The notes under the pieces are model-generated. The model searched no databases, was not told the DNA's origin, and saw nothing but the letters and a program-made list of their open reading frames with translations. Of a DNA stretch of 64,000 bases, positions 1-12,889 are shown one piece after another. The position numbers were made by a program, and so were the translations under genes. The DNA comes from Octopus sinensis (Eukaryota): contig NC_043011.1 in NCBI RefSeq assembly GCF_006345805.1, positions 25,618,464-25,682,463 on the forward strand. Direction: 5' to 3'. Every line of letters starts with the position of its first letter. The first letter of the stretch is position 1.

Positions 1-851
1 GGCATCAGTGAGCTTGCAAGACAAGGAGCTCACAGCTGAGAAAGGGAGAGGAACTGAGAGATTAGAGAATGACAGAGACGGCCCTCAAGACGAATGGATT
101 ACATCAGCACAAAATGGGTGACTGACTTAATCCCTCATTTGGATTACTACCACCACCACCACCACCACCACCTCTCTCTCTTCTCTCTCTCTCTGGCTGG
201 GTAAACTTCCTCTACAGCAAGACACCTGTTTCTGTCTCTCTGCCACACTCAACCTGTTCATCATCTAATACAAGATCACCTCCTCCAATGCTCCCCCCAC
301 CTACCATCACAAAATTTCTTGTCTTGCAAGTTACCTGGTGACCCTGCTGGTGCTACGTAAAAAGCATCCAGTCCACACTGTGAAGTGGTTGGCATTTGGA
401 AGGGCATCCAGCTGTAAAAACTATGCCAAAACTGACCTCGACTGTGCTGGTTCCATGTAAAAAGCACTCAGTCCACTCTGTAGGGTGGTTGGTGTTAGAA
501 AGGGCATCCAGTCGTAAAAATCATTCCCAAACTGACATAGATGCCTGGCGTAGTTTTCTACCTGCCTAGCTCCTGTCAAACCGTCCGACCCATGCCAGCA
601 CCAAAGGTGGATGTTAAACGATGATGATGAGGAGAAGGATGATGATGATGATAACTACCTGGTTCTTGGGCACCTTTTAACAGAGTTCAGTCTGTTGTAA
701 GCATAATTCTATCCCCAGCTAAAATTCTGGAGGCTCTAAAAAAGCCTGAAGTGCTATTGGGTGAGGGTAGACTGTTATTCTTTTTCTGCTGAAATAGTAA
801 GAAGAATGCATAGTAGATTAAATGGTTTGATTATTGCTTTTAATTCTTCAG

Positions 852-929
852 GATGAAAGAACTCCGTGAAGAGAGCAGGAAGTTGAGGCTAGATTTAAAA
901 TGTCGAGAGAAGAACTTGCTGAATACAAT
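852..929 (+). CDS. CCDC177: CCDC177/185-like coiled-coil protein, first internal coding exon in window (phase 2-2): xMKELREESRKLRLDLKCREKNLLNT
   Basis: ttcttcag|G acceptor, AT|gtaagt donor, 78 nt, open frame; phase joins the 32107 exon (AT+G = Met). Upstream exons lie outside the window. Confidence 0.75.
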
Positions 930-2243
930 GTAAGTCATTTTGGAAATATCTGTGAAGAGTCGTTATTTGTAGGATTATTGTTTATGAGACTACTAACATC
1001 AACTTTTTGAATGCAAAATAATTTGTTTTTAATGGTGGAGCTCAAAGTAGATGAAGTTATAAATAATGGTTTCAAATTTTGGTGCTAGGCCAGCAATTTC
1101 GGTGGCGGTTGTAAGTTGATTCCATTGACCTCAGAGCTCAATTGGTACTTATTTTATTGGCCCCAAAAGGATGAAAGGCATAGTCAGCCTCGACACCATT
1201 TGAACTCAGAATGTAAAAACAGACGAAATGCTGCTAAGCATTTCACCCAGTGTGACAATGATTCTGCCAGCTTGCTGCCTTGATAAAATTTAAAATAACA
1301 GCATGTAAATATAATGTATGGGCAGCCTTCAACTTTTGCATGCTATCAAGGCAGTGAGCTGGCAGAATTGTTAGCATGCTGGATAAAATGCTTAGAGGCA
1401 TTTCATCTGTCTTTGCATTCTGAATTCAAATTCCACCAAGAGTGACTTTTGCCTTTCATCCTTTCAGGGCCGATAAAATAAGTACCAGTTGAGCACTGGG
1501 GGTCAATGCAATCGACTTAACCTCTTCCCAGAAATTTCTGGACTTGTGCCAAAATTTGGAGCCAATATTTATTTGGAACAAATATTTATAGTTTCATCTA
1601 CTTAAAATTCTCCTGTTAATGTAAGATTATTTCATGTCTCATGTTTCTAAATTCTTATGATGTAAAACAATTTTTTGAGTCTATATTTACAAACTTTGAT
1701 TACTGATTGTCATCAATCACTGATCATCATCAATTATTGTCATTGATCACTGAGTGTCATCAACCATAGTCAATGATCATTGTCTTCAATTACTGATTAT
1801 CCTGATCACCAATTGTCTCAACCACTGATCATTGTCAGTCAATGTGATTGACTATTGTCTCCAGTTACCAATTGTCTTGATCACTGATCATTGTCAATCA
1901 ATGTCATTGATCATTGTCTTTGATCACTGGTGCATCCATTATACTATGTGGGTGGTTGGCATTAGGAAGGGTATTCTATTATAGAAACCATGTTAAAGCA
2001 GTCATTGGAGCATGATGCAGTTCTCCAAACCATCAGATTCTATTGAACCATTCCAGCCTGTGCCAGTATGGAAGACAAAGTTAAACAATGATTATAAATA
2101 CACATTACTCTCTCTCTCTCTCTCACACACTCACATTAATAGCCAAAATAATAGTTACATGGCTGCTTGATTTCTCAAGTCCTGCTTTACTAAAGAGCTG
2201 GAGAGGGTGACAAAACATAAGATACAGCAGCAATTCTCAGTCA

Positions 2244-2367
2244 GAGTCCCTATGGCTTCTGGGGGTCTATATGACCGTTGGGAGTCCATGTGGCCATTGG
2301 GGGTCCATATGACTGCTGGAGGTCCATATGGCAGTTAGGGGTCCATATGGCTCTTGGGAGTCCATAT
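2244..2367. repeat. 19-bp minisatellite, about 6.5 copies
   Basis: Unit approximately gggtccatatggcngttgg. Confidence 0.85.
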
Positions 2368-2684
2368 AAGACTTTTTGTTAAAATTTATGTGCATTAAGC
2401 TGGTTATACTATTGGGTTGTCTGGAAAGTTTGTGCCGATTTCTAGTAGCTTATCTTTCGACTTATTTTAGAACATGGTTGAGTCCATAAAATAGGATTTT
2501 ACTACACATCCATTTAGAGCACAGTTTAAGCTATCTTTTCGTGGAAAAAGGTTTATGTTCCTATAACTTGTGTAAATTCTGTAACCCTTTAAAATGGAAG
2601 ATAAGAAAGTCCATTTTGGGAACCAGACAAAAATTGCTCCAATTATTTTAAATGAAAACCAGAATGGTGCACGACTTCTGGGAC

Positions 2685-2746
<62 letters not shown>

Positions 2747-3075
2747 CTGTGAAAATTATAAGGGAAGAAAATTTAGAAAAATGTTTTCATACTAATAGCT
2801 AGCATGCATAATAAAAGTCAATAGACAACATATTTTCATATATAAGAGTGTATAAATATTTATACACCGAGAGGTGACCCTTGATGAAGTACAGATGACA
2901 AATTAATTTATTTGTTCATTAATGCAGAAACTCGAGTTTGGGGTTAGCTATAAATAATTTTGATTTCAGTCTCTTTGGAATTACTTTTTTTTCATGGTTT
3001 GGGTTTGGCTGCCCTTTCTAGCATGTAAGGCATCCTGTCAAGGGTCACCTCTTTGTGTATAAATACTTATACACT

Positions 3076-3132
<57 letters not shown>

Positions 3133-3527
3133 ATATATATATACTTCATTTTTGGATTTGGTTTGCTAGATTCTTTATGTGAGTTTGTGTGTTGAAGCAT
3201 AGTTTGTTGTGTCTGGGAAAGGACACAGCTCAGATAATGGACAGAGTAAACAACTATTGAAATGGTTGCAAGACACAATGAAAATTTTTGGAAAAATAAA
3301 TAAATAAATGAGTGGAAACTTTGCTGGTGTGTGTGTTAAATAATAAGGCACTAAAAGAGACTGACGCTCCCCAGACACAACAATATATATATATATATAT
3401 ATGTATAAAGTAAAAATATATATATATATATATATATATAATAATAATTTGAGGGAATATTATTCCTAACTTACAGGGAAAAATTCAATTTAGAAATACT
3501 AAATCAAATTTTACAAAATATAATATA

Positions 3528-3925
3528 CTAGCAGTATCGCCCGGCGTTGCTTGGGTTTGTAAGGGAAATAACTATATAAGCATTTTTAGAGAGTTATAGC
3601 CAAAAAATAGCAAAAAAATGCATTAAAAATGGAAAAAAAATGATGGTAAATTTTTTTAAAATCGTTGACTCTTCGTAGACATTTTTAGAGAGTTACTTCC
3701 CTTATATAATAGCGAAAAAATGCATTAAATTGGAAAAAAATGATAGTAAATTTTTTTTTTAAATCGTAGACTCATTGTAGACGCGTGCTAATACCCAGAA
3801 CGGCTTGATATGAATCACGACTATAAGATACCCGGTTTTGGTTAAACTGCACCACAAAATGTGGGAGTAGTTAGGAATCTAAATCATAGGAGACAGACAC
3901 ACAACCTCTCTTTTATATATAAAGA
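3528..3925 (-). mobile_element. Non-autonomous Helitron
   Basis: Minus strand has 5' TC, a subterminal GC hairpin (CCCAAGCAACGCCGGG), 3' CTAG, an A|T insertion site and no TSD; internal tandem duplication of about 100 bp. Confidence 0.8.
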
Positions 3926-3967
3926 TATATAAAAATTAGAAAAAAACACCTTTTATCAATTCAAAAT

Positions 3968-4189
3968 GAACAATAAAATTACACCATCTAGAAAATTACA
4001 TATAATAGAAATATTAAAAATAAAATAACAATAATATACTGATGATTAAGTAAGTTGCAAAATAATAATAAAAACGTATATATTTTTATTATTATTTTGC
4101 AATTTACTTAATCATCAGTATATTATTGTTATTTTATTTTTAATATTTCTATTATATGTAATTTTCTAGATGGTGTAATTTTATTGTTC
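3968..4189. repeat. Near-perfect inverted repeat with 107-bp arms and 8-nt loop
   Basis: 3968-4074 is the reverse complement of 4083-4189 with one mismatch. Confidence 0.95.
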
Positions 4190-4209
4190 TAATTTATATA
4201 TATATATAT

Positions 4210-4875
4210 ATATAAGACCCGGGCTGCTTCCTGCATCAGTTCCACATAGCCCCTGCCCATTCAAAGTACCCTGTGCTTGAGGAGACCTGTTGAGTCAAGT
4301 ACATGAACATGAACGTCGAAATAAATATCAATGGAAATAGTAGTTGTGATGCCTGTGCCGGTGGCACATAAAAAGCACCATCCGAACGTGGCCGTAGCCA
4401 GCGCCGACTCGACTGGCTTCTGTGCCGGTGGCATATAAAAAGCAATATCCAAACGTGGCCGATGCCAGTGCCGCCCCGACTGGCTTCTGTGCCGGTGGCA
4501 CATAAAAAGCACCATCCGAACGTGGCCGATGCCAGCGCCGCCCCGACTGGCTTCTGTGCCGGTGGCACATAAAAAGCACCATCCGAACGTTGCCAATGCC
4601 ACCTTGGCTGGCTTCCGTGCTGCTGGCACGTTAAAAGCTCCAACCGATTGTGGACAATGCCAGGACCCCCCCCTGGCACCTGTGCAGGTGGCATGTAAAA
4701 AGCACCCACTACACTCGCGGAGTGGTTGGCGTTAGGAAGGGCATCCAGCTGTAGAATCTCTGCCTGATCAGACTGGAGCCTGGAGCAGCCCCTGGCTTCC
4801 CAGACCCCGGTTGAACCGTCCAACCCATGCTAGCGCGGAAAACGGACGTTAAACGATGATGATGATGATGATGAT
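4210..4875 (+). mobile_element. RTE LINE 3'-UTR fragment with about 67-bp tandem repeats and (GAT)n tail
   Basis: Six units starting gccggtggca at 4357, 4424, 4491, 4558, 4619 and 4684; the tail is shared with the RTE at 22910-25214. Related copies at about 280-650, 20140-20480, 38220-38690, 49704-50075 and 57660-58017. Confidence 0.8.
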
Positions 4876-5525
4876 ATAATTAATTGGTAATAAAATTGAA
4901 ATTAAATATAACGGAGGTGTGTGTTTTAATATAGAAACTGTAAAAAAATTAGTTTATAAACCAATACCATATCCAGATTGTATGCCACCCTGGGTAGTAC
5001 ATCAGTCTACTGCCCCTTGCTCTCCCACTGCGTCCCCCTATGCTTATACAGCAGACCCAGAAAGGCTGCCTTCATAAAAGTGTCACCCAGGGAGGTAACC
5101 CCCTTGGCCTTCCCAGCCGTAGCTTGACTACTGATACAAACAAAATAAAAGAGCACTCAACAACATGTATCATAGTGGTTTACACACACACACACACGTA
5201 TCTATTTATTTATTGATACGAATATGTGTATATGTATGTGTGAGTGTGTGTGTGTGGGCACATGTTTGGACATCCGTATGTGTGTGATGTGTAGATAATT
5301 ATGTGATTAAACTACATTGTTTCAGTCACATACCTACCTACATATGACTGACTCTGCACACACACATACACACACACGCACACGCACACACACACGTGCA
5401 CACACACACATACACACACATACACAAACACATACACATACACACACACATACATTCATACATATATACCTACACAGGTACGCATGTAATTTAGTCAATA
5501 TTTTAGGTGGCAATTATATTTGCAG

Positions 5526-5974
5526 TCAAGGTGGTATTGGTGGTTGTGGTGATACTGATGGTGTTGGCGGTGGTGATGATGATGGTGGTGGTGGTGGTGG
5601 TGGTAGTGGTGATGGTAATGGAGATGTTATTGCTGGTGGTGATGTTGATGAACGGACAGTTAGTAAGCTACATACCACTTTATATACCCTTGAGGGGATT
5701 AGTGTCAAAAGCTTTTTTACTGTGCAATATACCCCACCCACTGCCACCACCACCACCACCACAACCACCACCGCCAACAACAACAACAACAGCATCAATG
5801 ACAGCATCAGCAACAATTAATAGAATTAGCATGATGCAATACCAGTGCAACTACCTTTTACTACCATTGTCTGAACCACTACAAACACCACCATTATCTT
5901 ACTACCACCTTGCCACACCTCCATCCATAGCCATCTTGGTACCACCACCACCACCACCACTACCACTATCACTG

Positions 5975-6020
<46 letters not shown>

Positions 6021-6490
6021 CTTCTGGTTGCTAGCATCACCATCACCTCAATGTCACATCACCACTGGCGCCAGAACTGCTGTCACAATTGCTACCACCA
6101 ACATCACCACCACCACCACCACCATCACCACCACCATTACCACAACCTTACCCTCCACTATCACAGCCATCAACATCACCACCACTACTACTACTAACAC
6201 TTGGGCTGTAGCCACTACCACAAGTAGTATTGTACCCACTGCCACCTTTACCTTTACCACTGCAGCCAATACTGCAGTTTAAGACCACCACCACCACTAA
6301 CACCAGTACTGGGACTACAACCAACACCACTACCACAGAAGCCAGTCTTCAGTCATTACCACAACCACCACTACTGCCACACCATTACTACCACCTTCAC
6401 CAATTACTACCACCACTACCACTACTACCACTGACGCTATTATTACTACTACACTCCCTGTATTGCAATTGCCACTACTACCAATGTCAC
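5526..6490. repeat. Degenerate trinucleotide tracts (GGT/GAT, then ACC/ACT)
   Basis: Low-complexity sequence; a similar GTA/GGT tract lies at 7420-7760. Confidence 0.85.
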
Positions 6491-6606
6491 TGACCCCATT
6501 ACAATTAGAACAGGGATCGTTTGCTGCATGCTCCCCACAAAAAAAGAGAGGCAAAGGATAAAAGCAAAAAATAAGTTCTATAGAAGTTTTGCTTTTTCTG
6601 GGGACA

Positions 6607-7172
6607 GTAAAAATTTCTTCTTGGCTTTCCATGTATAGTTCAATCAGTACTTTAGCTTGATGTAGTAGTTTGTGGCAGCGGAGACCTCTGAAGTTCTCGG
6701 CCCCGAGACCTGGGTACAGTAAAATTTCTCCTTGACCTTTCATCAACAGCTCAGTTGGTACTTCAACTTGATGTAGTAGTTTGTGTTTGAGTGTGTAGCA
6801 GTAGAGACCTGTGGTGTGCTCAGCCACTAGACTTAGGGGAAAATAAAATTTCTCCACTGCCTTTCATCTACGGTTCAGCCAGTACTTCAACTTGATTTAG
6901 TAGTTGTGGTTGAGCCTGTGGCAGTGGAGACTTCTGGAATTCTCGGCCCCTAGACCTGAGGAAAGTAAAATTTTTCCACAGCCTTTCATCTATGGCTCAG
7001 TCAGTACTTCAACTTGAAGTGAAGACCTCAGGTTTTCTCGGCCCCTAGACTTGGGGAAAGTAAAATTTCTCATTGGCCTTTCATCTACAGCTCAGTTGGT
7101 ACTCCACCTTGATGTAGTTGTTGGGGTTGAACCTGTGGCAGTGGAGGCCTCTGGTGTTCTCTGCCCCTAGAC
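6607..7172. repeat. Five-copy tandem repeat with 95-124-bp units
   Basis: Units start (g/a)taaaa at 6607, 6719, 6843, 6965 and 7060. Confidence 0.9.
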
Positions 7173-7495
7173 AATATCCCTGCTCACTACTGTTGGAGAT
7201 GGAGATGGCTTTTTGTAAGTGTGGACCCTGTGAATCCAGAGTGGCTGTCCCAGCACATCTCCCTCGTCATCCTCTGAGGCAACACCTTTCCATTTTGTTT
7301 GCTGGTATTATGAGGTGGTCTGAATTACAAGAAATCAAGAGAATGTAAGAATCTCATAGCTTACTGTCCGTAGCTGGTCAGTGTATAATTAACTTGAAAA
7401 CAAGATTATATTTAAATATAGTAGTTGTAATAGCAGTAGTAGTGGTGATGGTAGTTGTACTGGTGGTGGTGATAGTAATAGTAATAGTAGTAATG

Positions 7496-7555
<60 letters not shown>

Positions 7556-7846
7556 ATAACAGTGGTTATAGTGGTTGTGGTTGTAGTAGTGGGTGTGGTA
7601 GCAGTGATTGTATTTTGTGGTAGTGGTGACAGTTGGAGTAACAGTGGTAGTGGTGACAGTCATAGTAACAGTGGTAGTAATGGTGATGACTGAGGGCTGG
7701 CTTCTGTGGTAGTGGTAGTGGTGCTGGTGGTGATTACAGTGCTGGTGTTAGTGGTAGATTTTGTGTCTTCCTTAAAGCATGAAATATATTTCCTTATACT
7801 TATTTTGTTTTCTTACCCAAACGTTTTGGATGTGCACACACACTCA

Positions 7847-7887
<41 letters not shown>

Positions 7888-8025
7888 CACACATTTTCTC
7901 TGTATTTAATTAATTTTCAATTATAGTTTTTTTAATTATTTATTAAAATTTTTAATTACTTTTTTCTTTCTTTCTTTATACTTTAGTACTTACGCACCAT
8001 GTATGTGTGTGCACATATATACAAC

Positions 8026-8063
<38 letters not shown>

Positions 8064-8376
8064 GAATTTATATGGGTATACATACATATGAGTGTATATA
8101 TAAATGTTTAGAATGTGTATAATATGTGTGTAGTGTGTGTTTGATTGTATATATGTTTGTGAGAGTGCGTGGGTATATGTGTTGTGAAAACAGAAGGGTG
8201 TATGTGTGTTTGCGTGCACATAGAAGTGCTTGGTACAAACCCAACTGATTGATTGATTCATCATATGATTCATCAAGTAATCGATTGCTTAATTGGTTAA
8301 CTAAAAATAATTGTTTCAAATTCTGGCATGAGGCCAGAAACTGGATCTTGTTAAATTTCTTCCAGCCTCTTGAAGC

Positions 8377-9663
8377 ATTAGGTTGTCAAGAAAGTTCTTG
8401 TGGAATTTTTAATTTTGGTTTTAAATGATGTATTTTCAAATTAATTTTCACTAAATTACTTTGACTTTATATATCATTTTAAAGCCTGTTTTTTTGCTCT
8501 ATCTATTCACGCTACTCTTTTTCTGTTTGAATAATTAGGCCATTTTTTCGGAATGTTGAATACAACATGGGCAATAAGCAAATTCGCACAATTTTCTTAT
8601 TCCAGTTCAAGCTTGGCCAAAACGCTGCTGAAACAGCTCATGATATCAACGATTCATTTGGCCCAGGAACCACTAATGGACATACAGCACAATGGTGATT
8701 CAAGAAATTTCATAGTGGTAACGAGAGTCTTGAAAATGATAAGCGTAGTGGTTGGCTTTTGGATGTTGACAATGATCAACTAAGAGCCTTAGTTGAAGCC
8801 AATCCACGCACAACTGTTCGAGAGCTTGCTTCTGAATTAGACGTAACGTATATGACAATTTCCAACCACTTGAAAGAGATTGGATAAACAAAAATACTTG
8901 AGAAATAGGTGTTGCATGAATTGAACAACAACCAAAAAAAAAACGCCATTTTGAAGTGTCATCTTCCCTTCTTTTATGCAACAGGAACGACCTGTTTCTC
9001 AACCTGATTGTTACTTGTGATGAAAAGTGGATTCTTTACAACAACCGGCGACACTCAGCTCAGTGATTGGACGTTGACGAAGTTCCATGGCAATTCCCAA
9101 AGCCAAAGTTGCACCAAAAGAAGGTCATGGTGACTGTTTGGTGGTCTGCGGCTGGTCTCATCCATCACAGCTTTTTGGATCCAGGCAAAACCATTACAGC
9201 TGAGAAGTACTGTCAGCAAATGGATGAGATGCATAAGAAACTCCGACAACAACAGCCAGCATTGGTCAATAGAAAAGGACCAATTCTTCTCCACGACAAC
9301 GCTTGGCCGCACGTCACACAACTGACCCTACAGAAGTTGAATGAATTGGGCTATGCAATTCTGCCTCATCTGCCATACTCACCAGACTTCTTGCCTACCA
9401 ATTACCACTTTTTGAAGCATCTTGACAACCTTCTGCATGAGAGATGCTTAAAAAACCAAGACGATGCCAAACACTCCTTCAACGATTTCATCGCCACCAG
9501 AATGCAGGCTTTTTACACTACTGGCATAAATAAACTTGTTTCGTATTAGCAAAAGTATGTTGATTCTGATGGTATTTATTTCAATTAATGAAGTTTTGTT
9601 TGAGCCGAGATATGTGTATTTGAGTTTAAAGGTTAAAAGCCGCAAGAATTTCCTTAACTTAAT
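8377..9663 (+). mobile_element. Full-length decayed mariner (Hsmar1/cecropia-like), about 1287 bp
   Basis: Degenerate TIRs attaggttgtcaagaaagttcttg / caagaatttccttaacttaat. Transposase from ATG 8567 (MGNKQIRTIFLFQFKLG) with TCDEKW, HDNA and YSPD motifs; contains stops and frameshifts. Confidence 0.92.
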
Positions 9664-10619
9664 AGTTCAAATTTTTGCTAGTTTTCTACACGGATGTAGT
9701 TTTGCATACTGATAACAAAAGTGCGTGTAGCTTCTTTATTATTAATTTCTATTAAGAAAAATAAATGCAATTTTCATTATTAGCATGCAAAACTATATCA
9801 AGCTTCATTTTTTTTTCCAAAATAATCTGGTGTAAGTTTGAAATACATTAAAAGGTTGGGAGGAATTTAACAAGGTTCAAGAAATTTTATGGGGAAGGAT
9901 GGTCAATTTATAACATTGCCTCCAATACTTGACTGGGTCTTTATTTTACTGACCTTCAAAGTTTATTTCAGTGGTATTTGAATTCAGGAATAAAAACCTA
10001 CATCTAGATTTTACTTCTACCATGTACAGCAAACCATCAGAAGGTCCAGTCCTTGTTGCTGTTTAGTGGCTTCTGTGCCTCAGTGGTCCTGTGAGCTATG
10101 TCAGTGGAGTGCAAGCTCCTGGTAGGGCCTCCCATGTTGGACAGGTCAAAGGACGGAGGCCAGAATAATATGGACTACCTCTTTCCAAGGGTAAAAATGG
10201 TTTTGCATGGGACCAATACCCCTACCTGGAAAAAAGGCAAAGTCAAAGAAGCATTGATGACAATTTAAAACAATAAGACCTGGAAGAGGAAGGCCTTCCC
10301 TCAGGGTAATATACGATGCAGTGCAGCAAAATCTGAAAGGACATGTCAGGCCTTACCTGGAACCTACAAGAGAGGTGAAAGAGTGGATGCTCTAAAAATA
10401 ACTGGAGATTGGATACTGAGATAGAAAAGTAGGGATCCAACTAGAGAGAAGCAGATGAGACAGTCCAGTCAAGAACATTGGAAAAAAGTCATTGATGCTA
10501 TGCTCCATGAGGAGTGAAGGGCTGTAAGGAAAAGGAAGAATGTACAGCCAAGCACTGACCTTTATTGAAATTATTGTAAAGTCCATTGTTGGAAAAAATA
10601 TTGAATGCCATGGCTACCA

Positions 10620-11005
10620 GGTCTCATTTGAATTGCAGTTGGAACTTTCAGACAAGAGATTCTTCAGGTAGCCAACTATGATATTCAACAACTAGATCAG
10701 TGTATTTACTGTAATGAATTACTTTTGGTTTGAGACGAAGAAAAAATGCCTATACAAGAAACAAACTTTTATGATCAACCTAATTTTGGCAAAGAGTTTG
10801 TTCATGCAAGCAGACTGTTATTGCAGGGGTCGCATCCAGAATTGCTGTAACTATGCTCATAAGTGGCAAGACTGTTCATTCTGCTTTTAAGCTGCTTCTC
10901 AGCCTTGCATATTGTGCAATATTGGCCAAAGGTTTGTATAGGCAGAGGTTCTGAAGTAGGCCAAATTGAAAGAATGGGGTAAGAATTCTATGCCTCATAA
11001 ATTTG
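10620..11005 (+). mobile_element. Helitron RepHel PIF1-like helicase fragment, frameshifted
   Basis: KTFMINLILAK and VASRIAVTMLISGKTVHSAFKL correspond to Helitron helicase motifs I/Ia. Confidence 0.7.
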
Positions 11006-11854
11006 GATTTAATTTTTTAGCATTTAAACTATTCATAACAGACCCAAATATTCTACCTGTTTTAAATTCAAACTGGTGAAACCCAAGCCTGTCACATCTG
11101 CCCTACAATGTCATTATAAAAATAAACAATCACATCGATAAAATGAAGTACCAGTTACATACTGGGGTCAATGTAATCAACTGTCCCCCTCCCCCAAAAT
11201 TTCGGGCCTTGTGCCTAGAGTAGAAAAGAATAAAGAATATATGACAATATGGTTATGTGCCTGTTAGCTGGCAGAATTATTTACACACTGGGCAAAATGC
11301 TTAATAGCATTTCATCCCTTTAAGTTCAAATGAAGCTGGGACAAACTTGGCCTTTCATCCTTTTGGGGTTTGATAAAATAAGTATTAGCTCAATCCTGGG
11401 GGCTGATTATTTCGACTTGCCCACTCCTCTGAAATTACTGGCCTTGTGCCAAAATTTTGAAACCAAATATAGTTACATTCAAAAAGCACCATGTAACTTG
11501 CAATATTTAACATCATTTAAGTTTAAGATGAAAAGAAAATGCTTCTATAGTTTGGCATGCAAGCAACATCGGGTACTTCTACTACTTTGTGCATGTATTT
11601 ATGTGTGTATTTGTGTGTGTGTGTGTGTGACACATGTTCTGTATTGTGTGATTTTATGGTAGACTAACATTGCCGCTTCTTGTATCATAATTTGATGTTA
11701 ACTGCTTTTGAACACTTTTGTGATTACATGCCTTGGATTAGACTAGTTCACATCATGCTATTACACTTAACACTTGTATGACATGTTAAATATATATGTG
11801 TGTTTGTGTATGTGTATATACACACACATATACATATACATACATATACATATT

Positions 11855-11911
<57 letters not shown>

Positions 11912-12617
11912 ATATATATATATATATTTACATATATACATATGTATATTATGTGTGTGTGTATATATATATATATATACATATTTACATACATATATAC
12001 ATATTTGTATTATGTATACACACACACACAAATATATGTATAAATAGATGCATATAAATATCCATATATATATACATATATACATGATGATGATGATGAT
12101 ATACATATATATGTATATGTGTATGCAGATATATACATATATGTATGTATGTATGTGTGTATATATATAGGTGTGTGTGTGTGATTGGATTAAAGGTGGT
12201 GGTGCTGTTAGAAGTAACTGCAGAACTAATGATGAGTATAGTAGTTTTGGTGATAGTGGAGGGGAGGAGCGGAGGGAATGAGTGACAGTAATGAGAGTGC
12301 TACTGTGTTGTTTTGCCTGAGGTCGGAATGACTGAGCAGAGTGAGTAGGGGTGTATTTAATTGGTGGTGGGGTTGGCCGAGGCAGGCTGGTGGTGGTGGT
12401 GGTGGTGGTGGTGTATCAGTGATGATGGTGGTGTTAGCTGTAAACAGTCTTGCTATAGGATTAACAGAATTGTTATATGTGTTGGACGAAATAGCCTTGT
12501 GGCTGATGTTTGGCCACAGATCGTCTCTGTTTGAGCAGAACTGGAACCAGAATCAACAAGCATTCTAGCTGTGACCATCCCATTTGTTTTCAGCCACAGT
12601 GTATCTATGACTGAAAG

Positions 12618-12889
12618 CAGTGGTTCCCAAAGTGGGCAGTAGTGTGCCCTCCTGGGTGGAAAGTTCCAAGGGGGCATTGAAGAAAGTGGGGTAATAATGG
12701 GGTACCGATTCATGTAAAAAGTAGGGCGATAATGGATTCATTAGGTTAAATTTTATTTGTGAAATGCAGTTGCCTTAAATTTCCTTCAGAAAGAGGTCTA
12801 TGTTTGTGATGGTTAGTTGGGGTGGGGACGCTAGGAATGTGGCCCGGGTGTCAAGGGGGCGGCAGCCCAAGAAAGTCTGGGAACCACTG
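12618..12889. mobile_element. hAT (Charlie-like) MITE
   Basis: TIRs cagtggttccca / tgggaaccactg, degenerate 8-bp TSD. Confidence 0.7.

Noticed and set aside
5317-7909. Poly-T/V/P/G ORFs suggesting a mucin-like exon
   Set aside because: Trinucleotide low-complexity tracts are open in several frames on both strands, with no splice sites that fit the gene.
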